Source of the DNA: Vicugna vicugna
Taxonomy: Eukaryota
Reading direction: 5' to 3'
Assembly: GCA_013265495.1 (NCBI GenBank)
Contig: MU063123.1
Span: 7,343,302 to 7,407,301, forward strand
DNA length: 64,000 nucleotides
The notes under the pieces are model-generated. The model ran no database searches, was not told the origin of the DNA, and saw only the letters and a list, made by a program, of their open reading frames with translations. Both the position numbers and the translations under genes were made by a program. Positions 24,773-37,500 of the stretch are shown piece by piece (the stretch's first letter is position 1; every line of letters starts with the position of its first letter).

Positions 24773-25389
24773 TAACCTTACTAAGACAGAGATAAAAAAA
24801 TAAGGTCACACATACATGCTAATTGTATATTTTTATAATCTAATAACACATGTTTCATTTACATTTAAAAGGAGGAATGAACTTAGGGAACTTCATCACA
24901 GAATGTGTTGATGAAGCCATGGGGAGAACAGGCGTGCATCACTGCATCGCACCTGGGTACAACGCCAGCAAGGCATCTCAGAGGCTCAGGAGCCTGAGAA
25001 ACAAGTTGGACTGCCTGGAAGAAGGGGGAAGGAGAAGTATTCTGGAGGGGGGAAGACTGCTCTTTCCTACTCTCCTGATTTTCTTTCCTTTCCCTCTAAG
25101 AATGAGATGCCATCACAAGGGCATAAGTTAAGGCATTTACTATAATGGCAGCACTTTATTCACTTCTGACTACTTCCTGTTCTGTCTTCAACCCAGTATC
25201 CACCTTCTGAGAATCCTTTTGTCTTTCCTGCAAGCACCTCCTGTCACCCTGAATCCCCATCTGTGATAATGTCAAGCAATCTTGTCCCATCTTTTTTTTA
25301 ATCTCTCTACAGTCCCTTCAACTACCAATAACCTTGTTCTTCTCTTCTTACCTCTTCTTCAGAACCCTGCCTGTTAGCTTTCTGCAGTT

Positions 25390-25620
25390 CAGTTTAATTT
25401 AACAAATATTAATTTCTCATTAAGAAAGTGGTGATGCTAAAACATAGTTTCTATCATCAGGAAACGGTCACAATGTAGATACAACAGGATTCACAGCAGG
25501 ATATGCAGAAGTCAAGCACTAAGGGAACAGAGAAAGGAGAGATTAATTTCAAAGAGTATCTGGATTTTGAGGTGAGAGGATGGTCAAGGAGGTCATTATA
25601 GAGGCTGGGTCTCAACATAT
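25390..25620 (-). mobile_element. LINE-2 3' fragment
   Basis: ttaatttaacaaatatt tail and aagcactaagggaacagagaaaggagagattaattt motif. Confidence 0.55.
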
Positions 25621-28600
25621 TGGAGAGTTTGATGGAGAAAGGAACTTTGCAATAAAAGGAAGACACCCTTAAAAGATTCCAGTTTGATTATCATACATAA
25701 TAAAAGATCACAAATTGATAAGCCAGCACCACTTCCCAGGAATCTGAGCATAATTTCCCCCAGGACAAGTAAAAGAGAAGCTTCAGGTTTCAAATGAAAA
25801 TCTCTGATAACATAGGTGTTACAGAAGTAGTTAGGCTACGTGGAAGAAATACTAATATCTTTCTTTCTTCCTTCAATATTTAGACACAAGCCCCTAGAAG
25901 CTTCTAGAAGCCATGCATTGACGAGAACTCATGAGGAAAAATAGCAAAGCTGGAGTGTATCTCAGCCACTGGCGGCTTACAACCAAAGCAGCCATGTCGT
26001 CAATGGTACTGGCTCATGTTAATAAATTCTCTGCTCAACCCCACCGCCCTCCAGTGGAAAGGTTGTAATCATGTGGTTCTATTTAATGAAAGTATAAACA
26101 GAGGCCATCTCATTCTAATTTAGAAGAGGAGAAAAGTTAGGATCTAGGGTTCTCATAGCAGTGACTCAGACTCTGAGCCATTAACTCAAGAGCAAGCCTG
26201 TGTTGACGTGTACAAATTGAGTGTCTTGTTTTGACTTGACTGGTCAAGGAAACAGCCAGGTTAGGTTGAAAAAAAAAAAAAAAGGAAAGAAAACAATAGC
26301 CAGGACCGTCACGAAACAGTCAAACTGATAGTCTGACAGATGATGATTATTTCCGTTTCGGTCTGTCACTTACATCAAGTAAATCACACCAGTTAAAACA
26401 GACCAACTTCATGTTCAGTACACTCTTGGTGGAGTTCACCCACCCATCTCCTTCACGTGAAGACTCCAGACTTCTCATTTGGCTCTTTCTCCTGCACTTA
26501 CTCTTCTATTTTTGTTCCTCATTCTGGTTCTCATTTTTCGCTTTGCATTCTGTTCTTTCTTCATTTCCCGCCATGTTTCCTTCATCCATTTGTAAAAGAA
26601 AACAAAACATTGCACAACCTTTTTCTCTTCTGGAGCTAATTCTAATGCTACTTCTAATTTTTAAGGAGTCATATCAGAAACCAATGCAGGAATTTACATT
26701 TCCAAAGTCTCAGAAATATATGTAACCCCACTGACGTTCAAGGAGAGGGCATTTTGCTAGCTGTTTAATTCCCAGCTTGATTTTTTGCTGGTACAGAATG
26801 GCTATAGGTGATTTGCTAACAGGATCTGGGAATCAAAAGGCCAGGCTTATTAAATCTCATTTGGTTTGCCTGAGTCCTCATGGTGCCATTCAAAGAGCCC
26901 TGGACTGTAAGTCAGATTTCTGTCCCACTGCCTGTTTCACCCCCTGTCTGTGGTCAGCTTGCTTTCTCCTGGGTCTCACGTTCATATTTGAACATGAAAT
27001 GAATGGTCTACTTGATTTCTACCTTTGTGACCCCCTAGGATTGTGATCCTCTAAAGCTTCCATACAGTAAGTCATCATCCTGGGGCATTTAGATACTCCT
27101 TCTTTATGCATGCTTAGTATCATTTTTGCCTTCATTGTAAACCTAATCTTGAAGATCACAGGGATTCTTTTCTATCCTTTGAGACATAATTAATTGTACA
27201 TCCTAGATTCCTCAAGACCTCTTCTTCCTGCAGATAGCCTGGGGTAGGCTAATGTTAAAGACTTAATTGTCACTATCTCATATCTTTTTATAAGGATAGA
27301 AGATCCCCTAGACTCCTGGAAATTCTTGCCCTATGGGAACTCTGGCCCTGCATTCTCATGTGGCCACTAAGTCAGATTTCGTGGTACTGGGCACAGTTGA
27401 GCTTGCTGCTGCTCTCCTGGGCATGAAAGGTACATTTCTACTCTGCCAGATTTGGCACTTTTACTTGTGATCCAGATGGTTTATTTAGCAGTCTTTTATT
27501 GGCATCTGCTAATGTTGAGCTGGGTATAAAAGCCTGTCTCAGATGCTGCCTTGATTCCCCTGCTGGGTATCTTATCTCTGTCACTAATACAAAAGAGTGG
27601 CATTTCCTCCTGGGTGACCACCTCAGACTATTGACAACGCATGGTAAACTCACTGTTGGCTCTGCTGGCACCATGCTGGTGTCCTGAGGGCATCAACCTT
27701 GTGTGATGCCCTACAGAAAAGAGGTGGGGAGAGACTTTCCCTTCCTGTGAAGTTTTGCTACAGGGGGTCCAAAGTAGAGTTGCTTAGGTCTCAAAGTAAA
27801 ACAACTCTTTCAGTATTTACTTAAAACTGTTTGCTTTCCATAATATTCAGACCAAGCTCAACTGAGGTTAAGTTGGGGATAAATCTCAGACTCACTGTGA
27901 TCAGAATTCTTTCTCATCCAATGACTAAGGCTTTTTTTCCTGAGTCACTTCATCAAGCCTGGACCGTCCCTCCCTTGGGATCAGTTCTCTCCCAGATTCC
28001 CCAGTCTTCATGCAAACAGATTTTCAGAGGCGGACACTGCCCTTTTGCCAGATGTCCCCAAACACATCTAAATCTCTTTTAGTCTCATGCTGACGCCTTT
28101 ATGACAGTTGCATAAAAAGCTGGATATAGTTCAAATTCCTGACTGTATTTTCTGATTCCTTTGAACATTTGTACTCTACCTTCCCACACAGTGCATCGTG
28201 GAGAGGGTCCTAATATAACTTGTTCATAAGCTTTTTCATGATTTGCTATATTTATATCTGGTCTTGTCTTCTGAGTGGTAACCTTCTCAAAGATAGACCT
28301 TGCTTTCTTCTGCTGTGTCTTCTGTCATGTTTTTTTGCGGGGGAGGGTGGGCTGCTCACATATGAAGATTTTGACTGGGATGGAGACATCTTAGAACATC
28401 ACTGGTGCATTTGGAACAGTACATTAATTTCACCTGCTTGGACCATAGTAACTCCCTGTGCTGATACTGGGACATGGCTCCTCATTCCCAGAGAGCCAGA
28501 TTGCATAGTTACTTAAAGTATAGAGAGAAGTTGGGTTTTCTTCCTTAGCTCTGAGTCACTGGACTGTATTTTGGTGGTTTAAAATATAGAATAACACATT

Positions 28601-29714
28601 GGCAAAGAATTCTAGGGAGGTAAGCATGAGGCACTGGGAAGAGTATAATTACACAGAATTTTAAGGGACTGGAACACTTGGAGTCACTTAATGTTATGGT
28701 TAATTGCAGGTTAGTCAGAAAATCATTCTTATTTCAACACTTTTTGAATAATCCTTATAAAATGCCCTTGGCAAAATTCCATGCAGCTAACATAGCTGCA
28801 TCTTTCTTTGATGTCTGAGGATTTTTAGAACCATTAGGTCAATATTAAACCATGTATTTTCATTTTTGTGTTTGGGGGCAAAGATGGTGCAGGACATTGC
28901 CTGAACCAGTCACTATATGTTTTCCAGACATTGGTTTAGATAAATCTTTGATCTCATTCCTTTTTTAAAAATGATTTTCTTCTTCACTATCCCATTTATT
29001 AAAAATTACATTTGTAATATTTTTATGATCAAAAACTATACACACAGGAAAATATCATCCCAAATTATTCCCTCTACTCAGATATAACTTTTTAACATTT
29101 AACTTTTTAACTTTTGGTTTGTTTTGTTCCGATGCCTCCAACGATTTCCCTCACTAAATGTTACAATCTAAACTGATCTTGGCATCAACATATAGACTAA
29201 ATATCTGCAAGTGACAAAAACATTGAGTCATCACGGAAGAGTAAAAACGTATATAGCTTTTTTTTTTTTAAAGCCTCTCTCGGCACATATCTTTAGACCA
29301 CATGCCCTAAGATAATCTTTTTTTTTTTTATAACAGATTCTATTTTGGTTTTTCTGGTGTTTTGAGGGAAATAGTGCATAATAAAGCCACTGCTCAGAAT
29401 ACGCCTCAAGAGAGCTTCAGAGAAGTGACAGTACATGTGTTTGGAGGATCAAACAATAAATAGTTGCCCTCAACCTCCCTCGCCTGGCACAGGCAGCCAG
29501 GCTGTCATTTCCTATCCAAACATGGAGGCTTCGTCTCTAAAGAAACAGGAATAAGCCATTTAGGTAAATGCCTACGGTACAGGTAGGCATCACAGATTTA
29601 AGTCCTTCTCCTTACATTCTTACAATAGAAAGGGAAATAGTCTGAACCTGTTTCCCTTTTTACTCATGCAAAGGAATGCACACACAAAACACTAATCGTA
29701 AATGAAAAGATTTT

Positions 29715-29878
29715 GGACTTGGATTCCGTTAAAATGAAAAACTTCTATTCATACAAAAATACCATCAAGAGAGCTGAAAGACAAGCCACAGAACGCAGAA
29801 AGATTTTCACAATACATACAGCTAAAAAGTACTTGTGTCCAGAATACATAAATCCTCCTACATACAAATGAAAAGATG
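29715..29878 (+). mobile_element. Old L1 ORF2 fragment
   Basis: aaaatgaaaaacttctattcatacaaaaataccatcaagagagctgaaagacaagccacaga. Confidence 0.75.
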
Positions 29879-29879
29879 T

Positions 29880-30750
29880 ATACTCTTGGTGATTCCAGGT
29901 CTTTTACACTCCTTATATTCTTTAGAACCGGCTTGTCAATTTCCACAGAATGTCTTGCTCTTATTTGATTAGGATTGCATTAAACCTATAGTTCAATTTG
30001 GATATATTAGAAAGACAGACTTCCTAATCCATGAATATGTTGTATCTCTCTATGAATCTCCAATTATCTTAGACATATCTATTTTCTCCCAGTAATGTTT
30101 TGTAGTTTCAAGTCTTGCAGATTTTGCATTAGATTTATTCCTAAGTATTTGATCATCTTTTGCTGCTACTAGAAATGGTAAATTTTAAATTTCATTTTTC
30201 ATTTCTTTCTCTCTAGTATATAGAAATACTTGATTTGTATATTGAGCTTGTATCCTGTGTTCATGCTAACTTTACTTATTATTCCTTATAGCAAGTCTCT
30301 TTTGGATTGTTTAGTATTCCCAGTTATTTCATCTGAGAATAACAGTGTTTTTTTAATTTTTCTTATATTTTTCTCATGCTTTTTATTTTTTCTGCCACTT
30401 TTTTTTTAATGTACTAAGTGATTCCCTGGCTTTATTTTTCATGAACTTTTATTTTTAATTTTGGTAGTCATTTTATTACTTTTTAAGACTTTCTTGTCCT
30501 CTGATTTGTTTTTTTAGAGTATCTTATACTTATTTTGTGGATACAGTGCAATTTCAAATTACTGAAATTACATTATTTTTGTTCCTTTTGTTTCCTGAAT
30601 AATATATTTTTTTCTCTATGATCAGGTTTTCTGTTTTTTCTTTCATCTTTCTGTTTCATGTCGTTTGTTCTCATTTATCTATTGATTCTCATTGTTCATT
30701 CGTATTTAAGAAATAACTGCTTAACAAATAAGGATTTCCTCTGCTGTTGT
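29880..30750 (-). mobile_element. Old L1 ORF2 fragment, opposite orientation
   Basis: tagaaccggcttgtcaatttcc, ggattgcattaaacctatag, ttagatttattcctaagtattt are reverse L1 ORF2 motifs; the 30400-30750 part is less certain. Confidence 0.7.
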
Positions 30751-30809
30751 ATCTCTTCTTCTTTCTGTCTCTCTCTTGAGTGAAAATAAGACTGAGGAGA
30801 TGCATAGAG

Positions 30810-31437
30810 CTCAGTTTTAAAATGGACAAAAGATTTGAGCAGACATTTTATAAAAGAGGATATCCAGAGAGCCACAGAATAAGAAAAAGTTTTCAGTATA
30901 ATTACTCATCAGAAAAAATGCTAATCAGAACCATAGTGAAATACCATTTTCCACCCACCAGAAGGGCTAAAATTAAAAAGACTGACAGTGACACATACTG
31001 TTGAGGCTACGGAGGGGCTGGAATCCCTCTACATTGCTGGTGGGAGTATACATTGGTACAGCCATTTGGTAAAAAGTTTGACAGTTTCTTAGAAAGTTAA
31101 ATATAATGACAGCAATTTCATTTATAGACATATATACACCTATGAGGAATTAGTACACATGTCTATCAAAAGACATGTATCTGAATGATCATATTTGCAT
31201 TTTTCATAATTGCCTCAAACTGCAAACAATCCACAATGTTCATCAACATGAAGACTGATAAGTAAATTGTGGAATATGAGCTAATCTATAGCAGTTAAAA
31301 GAGAACCAACTATTGATATGTCAAATCACATGGATGAATCTCACAGACATGATGCGGAGTGAGTGAAGCCGAAGAGAAGAGTATATGCTATATTATTCAT
31401 TTATATAAAGTTCAACAACAAGCAAAACTAATCAATA
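30810..31437 (+). mobile_element. Old L1 (L1ME-like) 3' region
   Basis: aaatggacaaaagatttgagcagac...acattgctggtgggagt...acatggatgaatctcacagacatgatg. Confidence 0.8.
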
Positions 31438-31459
31438 ACACCTTGAGTTATGAGGATAT

Positions 31460-32160
31460 TGGCATCTGTGTAGAAAACAGTATGGAGAGTCCTCAAAAGA
31501 CTGAAAATAAACTTACCATATGATCTTGCAATCCCACTCCTGGGCATGTATCCAGAGGAAATTTTAATTCAAAAAGATACNNNNNNNNNNNNNNNNNNNN
31601 NNNNNNNNNNNNNNNNNNNNNNNNNNNNNNNNNNNNNNNNNNNNNNNNNNNNNNNNNNNNNNNNNNNNNNNNNNNNNNNNNNNNNNNNNNNNNNNNNNNN
31701 NNNNNNNNNNNNNNNNNNNNNNNNNNNNNNNNNNNNNNNNNNNNNNNNNNNNNNNNNNNNNNNNNNNNNAAGCGAAGTAAGCCAGAAAGAGACAGAAAAA
31801 TGCCATATGATATCACTTATAAGTGGAACCTTAGAAAAAAGACACAAATGAACTTATGTACAATGCTGATACAGACTCACAGACATAGAAAACAAACTTA
31901 CGGTTACCGGGGAGAAAGAGGGTGGGAAGGGATAATTGGGAGTTCAAGATTTGCAGATACTAAGTGCTATAGATAAAATAGATAAACAACAATTATACTG
32001 TATAGTGCAGGGAATTATATTCAATGCCTTGTAGCAATCTATAATTGAAAAGGATATGAAAATGAATATAAGTATGAATGACTGAACTATTATCCTGTAC
32101 ATTGGAAATTGACACAACATTGTAAACTGACTATATTTCAATCAAAAAAATGAAAATAAA
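31460..32160 (+). mobile_element. Camelid L1 3' end, partly N-masked
   Basis: ORF2 end plus 3' UTR (cagactcacagacatagaaaacaaacttacggttacc...gacacaacattgtaaactgactat) and A-rich tail. Confidence 0.92.
31581..31769. other. N-run, 189 nt, inside L1
   Basis: Directly visible. Confidence 0.99.
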
Positions 32161-32179
32161 AATGTTATGACTATTTACT

Positions 32180-32720
32180 ATGGGGGTACCCCTGCTCAAG
32201 TATTCATTCTCTGCTTCCTTTTAGTAATAGTAACAAGATTTTCAACACTTGTACACAGTTCCTATGTGTTACAGGAAGGAGGCCCCATCCTCACATCCCG
32301 TTTTGCCCACCCAGTGCTTGAATAAGGACCAAGAACGTGGCCCAGATGAGGTCCGTGAGGTGTGAGGCATGGAACATTGCCCCACATGTCTGGGAAAGAG
32401 ATTCCTCTCTTTCCTGAAAGCCACTTGGAGGAAAGTTGTCTTAAGGCTGGATATGAACAAGGCCACATGCAGCCCCAGAAGCCACCCACAGCCACGTTAT
32501 GACCACAAGGCCGCCAAAGGAAGGCAACCCTGCAGGATTCAGGGAGGAGAAACGGAAAAGTCTTTCTGGGAATCTTTAAAGAGTAACTGGTTTTAAGGCA
32601 TCACCTAAGGCTGGCCTTACCAATGAAATATTTAAGTTATGTGGGCCATTAAGTTTTATTTTTAAAGCTAGTACAACTCAGGTTTTCTGTTACTAGCAAC
32701 CAAAAGATTTCTGAAACACC
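32180..32720 (+). mobile_element. Old MaLR LTR (MLT1H/I/J-like)
   Basis: 3' end gttatgtgggccattaag...ggttttctgttactagcaaccaaaagatttctgaaacac. Confidence 0.65.
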
Positions 32721-32819
32721 AACAAAAAAAAAAGAAAAAGAAGAAGAAAGAAGCACTTTGAGACTATTTACAAAACAAATAACAATATAGAATGTTTTAC
32801 AGAATTTCATAGATGACAA

Positions 32820-32940
32820 AACATATCTGTGATATCCCTTTAATCTTCACAACATCTCTGTGAGGTGGGGATTGTTGCTCATGGGTTACAAATAAGAAAA
32901 CTGAACAGAATAGTCAGGTGACCTGTTCTAGTTCCCTTGG
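32820..32940 (-). mobile_element. MIR fragment
   Basis: tttaatcttcacaacatctctgtgaggtggggatt...acaaataagaaaactga. Confidence 0.65.
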
Positions 32941-32964
32941 TTATAAGTGACAAGATCTTCTAAG

Positions 32965-34345
32965 TGCTGTGCTGTTATCAAAACACCACATTACAGGTGT
33001 AGACACAGGAACCAGTGGAATAGAACAGAGAACCCAGAAATAGATCCATGCATATGTGGAACTTTAACGAGGGCAGAGGTGGCCTGGCATTTAAGCGGAG
33101 AAAAGAGGGATTATTCAATAAAAGGAGCTGGAAAAATTGGTTGTCCATTTGGAAAAAAAAATGAATTTGGATCCCACCCTGACACCATACCCCAAAATCA
33201 ACTCCAGATGGATTAGGGACTTAAATGTCAAAAGCAAACTTTAAAACACTCAGTAGAAAAATATAGGTGGATAGCTTTCAGACCTTGGGGCAGGGAAGGA
33301 TTTCTTAAACAGGCACAGAAAGTGCAAACCATAAAAGAAAAGATTTATGATTCTGACTTTATTGAAATTAAGAAATCTTGTTCATCAGAATTCTTAAAGA
33401 AGGTGGGAAAGCAAGCTACAAATGAGAAGAAAATCATCTGCAACACATATAAGTGGCAGTGGCTTGGTATCAAGGATGTGTAAAGATTCCTAGAGTGAGG
33501 AAAATTCAAACAGCTCAGGAGAAAAAGAGATTTAAAAACTGAAAGATCAAAATATGGGAACAGACCCTTCACAGAAGGAGAAAAACACATAGCTAAAAAC
33601 ATATGGCAGGTGTCCCAGCTTCTTAATAGCAATGTAGCCTAGCAAATTTAGCTACAGAATTGCAAATCAAGGCTATTACAGGCACCATTTTATGCTCAAT
33701 TTATTGGCAAGAGTTGGGAATTTAAACTAGACCACAAGTTGGAGAGTTTATGGATCAATCAGATTTCTTAGCTATTGCTGGTCTAAACTGGTTAATCATT
33801 TTGGAAAATTACCTGGTATTATCTTTTAAAGTTGAACATGGAACCCAATGGTTTTCTAAGTATCAAAGAAAATTCTTACATTTGTTTGCCAGGAGATACT
33901 TACAAAAATATTCATAATAGCGCTGTTTGTGAAGGCAAGAGAAGATAACAGATGACTATCAACAGGCAAACAAATAAATAAATTGTGGTCTATTCTGATA
34001 TACATGTGGGTGCAAATGAATGAACTACAGTTACGTAATAATATGATGTCAAGTGATAAATCCTCAGGTGACCTCAGTACGATATTCTTTACAAATGTTC
34101 AAAGATTACTTACATTGAGTCATACAATTTTTGATCCAGCATACGTGTGCTAAAGTTATTTTTACAAACCAGCAAAAAAAAAATTATAAAAACACAAAAT
34201 TTAGCATGTCAGAGCAACACAGCAGGGTAATGGGCTAAGACAGGCTAAGGTAAGTAGATGTAAATATTGTTCATCTTCTAAATCTTGGGTTGTGTGATTG
34301 GTTTTAATTACTAATAAAGCAAAAGCAAATGAATAAACATGAAGA
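32965..34345 (+). mobile_element. Old L1 (L1M/L1ME) ORF2 and 3' end
   Basis: gtggaatagaacagagaacccagaaatagatcca; aaaatcaactccagatggattagggacttaaatgt; degenerate 3' UTR. Confidence 0.8.
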
Positions 34346-34379
34346 AATAAAATAGAGTCATGCACAGACCAGTAAGGAC

Positions 34380-34515
34380 ACTGCCTCATACAAGTCTTCT
34401 CATCCATGAAGTAGGATGGATAATAACCCTTACCCCCGACCCCTAGAATTGTTATGAGGATTAAAATTCTTTGAACAGTGCCTGGCACTGTTCATATATC
34501 AAGTTTTATATTAGT
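34380..34515 (+). mobile_element. MIR 3' half
   Basis: gaattgttatgaggattaaa...gaacagtgcctggcac. Confidence 0.65.
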
Positions 34516-37500
34516 ATTTGGAAAAGATAGAAAAGAGAGAAAGGAAAGAGGAGAAAAAGGAGAAAGGAATAAAGGAAGATGAGAAAGTATTTTGAATAAT
34601 CCAATCCTGGATACTTGGAGTCTATTATTATAACATTAGTCTCAAACGAAGAGGTGACAAAGAGTGCAAATGAAGGCAAACTTGATTAGCGAAAATTCTC
34701 TAGAGGGGGTGAATTTTGAAAGAATTTTTTTTAATGTAAAAGCATGGCTAAAATATAACTATGCCTGAGGACTGACTTCCTAGTTAATGCGTTCAGGTTC
34801 CAGCTTCTATTTTCAGAGTGGAACTTAGTTGCCACGATAATAGGAGGTGACATTTGTTTGATTTTCCGCCTTCGAGTTTTGGAAGAATCCTATAAAGTCC
34901 TCTATAAATAACCACGGAGAGGCCGAAAGTTTTCCTGTAACTTACAGCCTAAAGCCAGTAACCTCTGATGGCAGTCTGAGTGGCGGTTGAATCAGCAGGG
35001 TGACAGCCTCCGCCAGGGAATTCCGTCTCCTCCACCAAGGCTGGACCGGACAGGAGCGTCTCATATTTGGCTTCCCTCAGTCCTCAGGGTAGCACACTAA
35101 GAGCCAATACACAGGAAATGTTCCATGCGATTTCTGAGTACCTGAGTCAATGAAAAAAGCGGAGCCCCTTGGGCCAAAGAAAACTTTGTCCAGCTGTTTA
35201 TGAAGAACATACAATGATAACTGAGCAACCCAACCAAACCCCCAGCTATGATCAGGGGGCGGGACCCCAAACCCTCCATCAGAACCAAGTGTAGACTTGA
35301 ATAAATTCAAATGCCTAAGTGAAATGCATAATCCCCTGTCTGTCACATTCTGTCTAAGGCAGGATAGGGAGCGAGGAGACGTGTGTTGGGAAGAGGAGTT
35401 GAACTGGTTATGGCGTTTGGGCTACATGCAGAACGGATGGGTTGGACCACCAGACAATTGAGTAGCACATTTCAAGCTTCTTTGTTGTTTTGGCCCCTGT
35501 ATCTTTCACTTCTCTTCCAACTTCAGTTGCTTTCTTTCTATTGTCCAAATTCTTCCTGGCTGTCTGTGGGGTAGACTCGAGAAGGAGTAAGTGTCTGGAC
35601 GGGTGTCTCTTTGCCTGCCTCTTAGTTACTGTCTTATTTATCTTATACCTGTCTTTGGCGGATCACAATGGGCTGTCACTTAAAAAAGTAAAAACAAAAG
35701 CAAAAAACTGTCTTAAACTTATGTCCTACAAAAATGAAGCCCTAAGTAATTAAGAAACATAAAAATAACTTTTCATATTCACCTTTTACCTCCTGGCAAT
35801 AGTCTACCTTTGTCTTTTTTATTTGAATAAACATACAAGAGGGAGACCAAGAAAAACTTACAGAATTATCTGGTTCCTTCGGCCAGGCAACAAGAATTGA
35901 AAATGCTTCCACAAGTCCATGGACTTCCACTCACCAGTTCCATTTGATCCAGGATTAAATCTTTTCTCAGTCCTTCCAGCAACCTAATCAATGGAAAGAT
36001 CACCTAATAGTTACAAATAGAAACTCATTAAGAAAAAAAATCAAAGTATAGGGACAAGTCTTCCTAAGAATCAAAAATAAAGTAGAAAGGGAGACAGGGA
36101 CGAAGTCAACTCAAATTCATGAACAAAACAGCCCTCAGTTCACTCTTTATTCACAGGCTTTTTTTTTTTTTCTTTTCAGGCTGTGCTGTAAAAAGCATAT
36201 TGCGATTTGTATAAGAGTCATTTTCCCATTTGTACCTTTAACAAATTTTATTTGCTTTTGGTATAAGTAAATTTCAGTTTGTTCATAATTGAAAACCAGT
36301 TTAAAAAAAAATGGAAGTGGATAATCCAGACGGCATTTTCTATGATTTTCATGACTCCAGTTGTTGAACAATGAAATTCTGGAGGGAGGGAGGGGATATC
36401 TCCAGAGGCTTAGTTTAGCATCCTCAAAGTCCCTCCCCTCCCCCCTGCACACATTACAGTATCTGCTTTACTAATCAGAGGGAAATTTATCACGGAGGAT
36501 TTTGGGGAGATATTTATGGCGCCTGTAAGCACAATGGCCTTGCCTTGTGTGATGTCAGCTATTCTCTTTAGGAGATAAAAGGCCACAGCTGGTGAGAGAA
36601 TAGACCGGGGGCCATTTCAGAATTTCAAAACAGAAGGCCTTGTTGAAGAAGAGGGATTTTAAACAGCCTTTGCTTTTATTTTGTTCCTAATAGGATGAAC
36701 AGGTGTGGAAGTCTGTTCAAGTGAGCTGCTGAGATGACTGGGGAATAGGGAATGATTATTTTTGATGGTCAGGGAAAGACTGAGATTGTCAAACTTCAAG
36801 TTAAGCAGGTAGCGCAAGCTCCTTCCACCTGGGAACATCAAGGAGCTAGGAACCTAGGTCAAGGCAAAACAGGGGGCACTGTGCAAATGTTTCATTTCCT
36901 CGCTAAACAAAACAGAAAACAGCTATGTGGCATGTGTCTGATGTGAACACACAAATTCTCATCTAAATTCATTATACTAATGGTCTAGGGGAGGGAGGGA
37001 TCTGCTATTGCACTTATGGTCTAAGTATATTAAACATATATCTTCTGGAAGAGAGGATGAAATAAAAGTAGTACACTGATTTTTTAAAAATTAGGGTCAT
37101 CACACTGAATTACGAGAATTATTAAAATGACTCAGGATATATTAAAACACTGTGAAAAGTAAAGAGTAAATGACATATCAGAGGTTATTAATAGCAGTAA
37201 AATTATAAGTGCTGGCACAGTATATTTTCATCTTTGTAGCCCCATGGCTCTATAGTTTCTTACATCTAGAAAGCCCTCAAAAACTATTTGTCCAATTACT
37301 AAATAAAAGATAGTCACACTTTTTAAGGGGTTAAAAATATCTGAACCACAAGAAAAAAAAATAGGAGCATGAACTTGCTTTATGAATGAAGTATAGATTG
37401 TTTAGGTGTTGCATTTTCCGTTTGTTCATTTTTTTTCAACACAAACTCTTGGGGAAATTGCGTAGCATTATTTTAAACAATTCCTCTTCGGGCCCATTAA

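Noticed and set aside
25916-26005. 9-bp inverted repeat CATTGACGA/TCGTCAATG
   Set aside because: Too short, no TSD or MITE structure; expected by chance
26440-26660. Minus-strand K/R-rich frame ending near GTAAGT
   Set aside because: Reverse of a T/C-rich low-complexity tract, with no acceptor or homology
6-31851. ORFs containing long X runs (e.g. 6-392, 2631-3026, 9937-10243, 11370-11666, 31493-31851)
   Set aside because: They are open only because N codons cannot be stops; the flanks are L1 or unique non-coding DNA
30780-33632. ORFs 30780-31004, 32947-33216, 29749-29946 and 6143-6502 with L1-like peptides
   Set aside because: Decayed L1 ORF1/ORF2 remnants or their antisense, not host genes
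36140-36200. Strong T-tract acceptor at 36179
   Set aside because: No convincing donor or open frame downstream; a poly-T run mimics an acceptor
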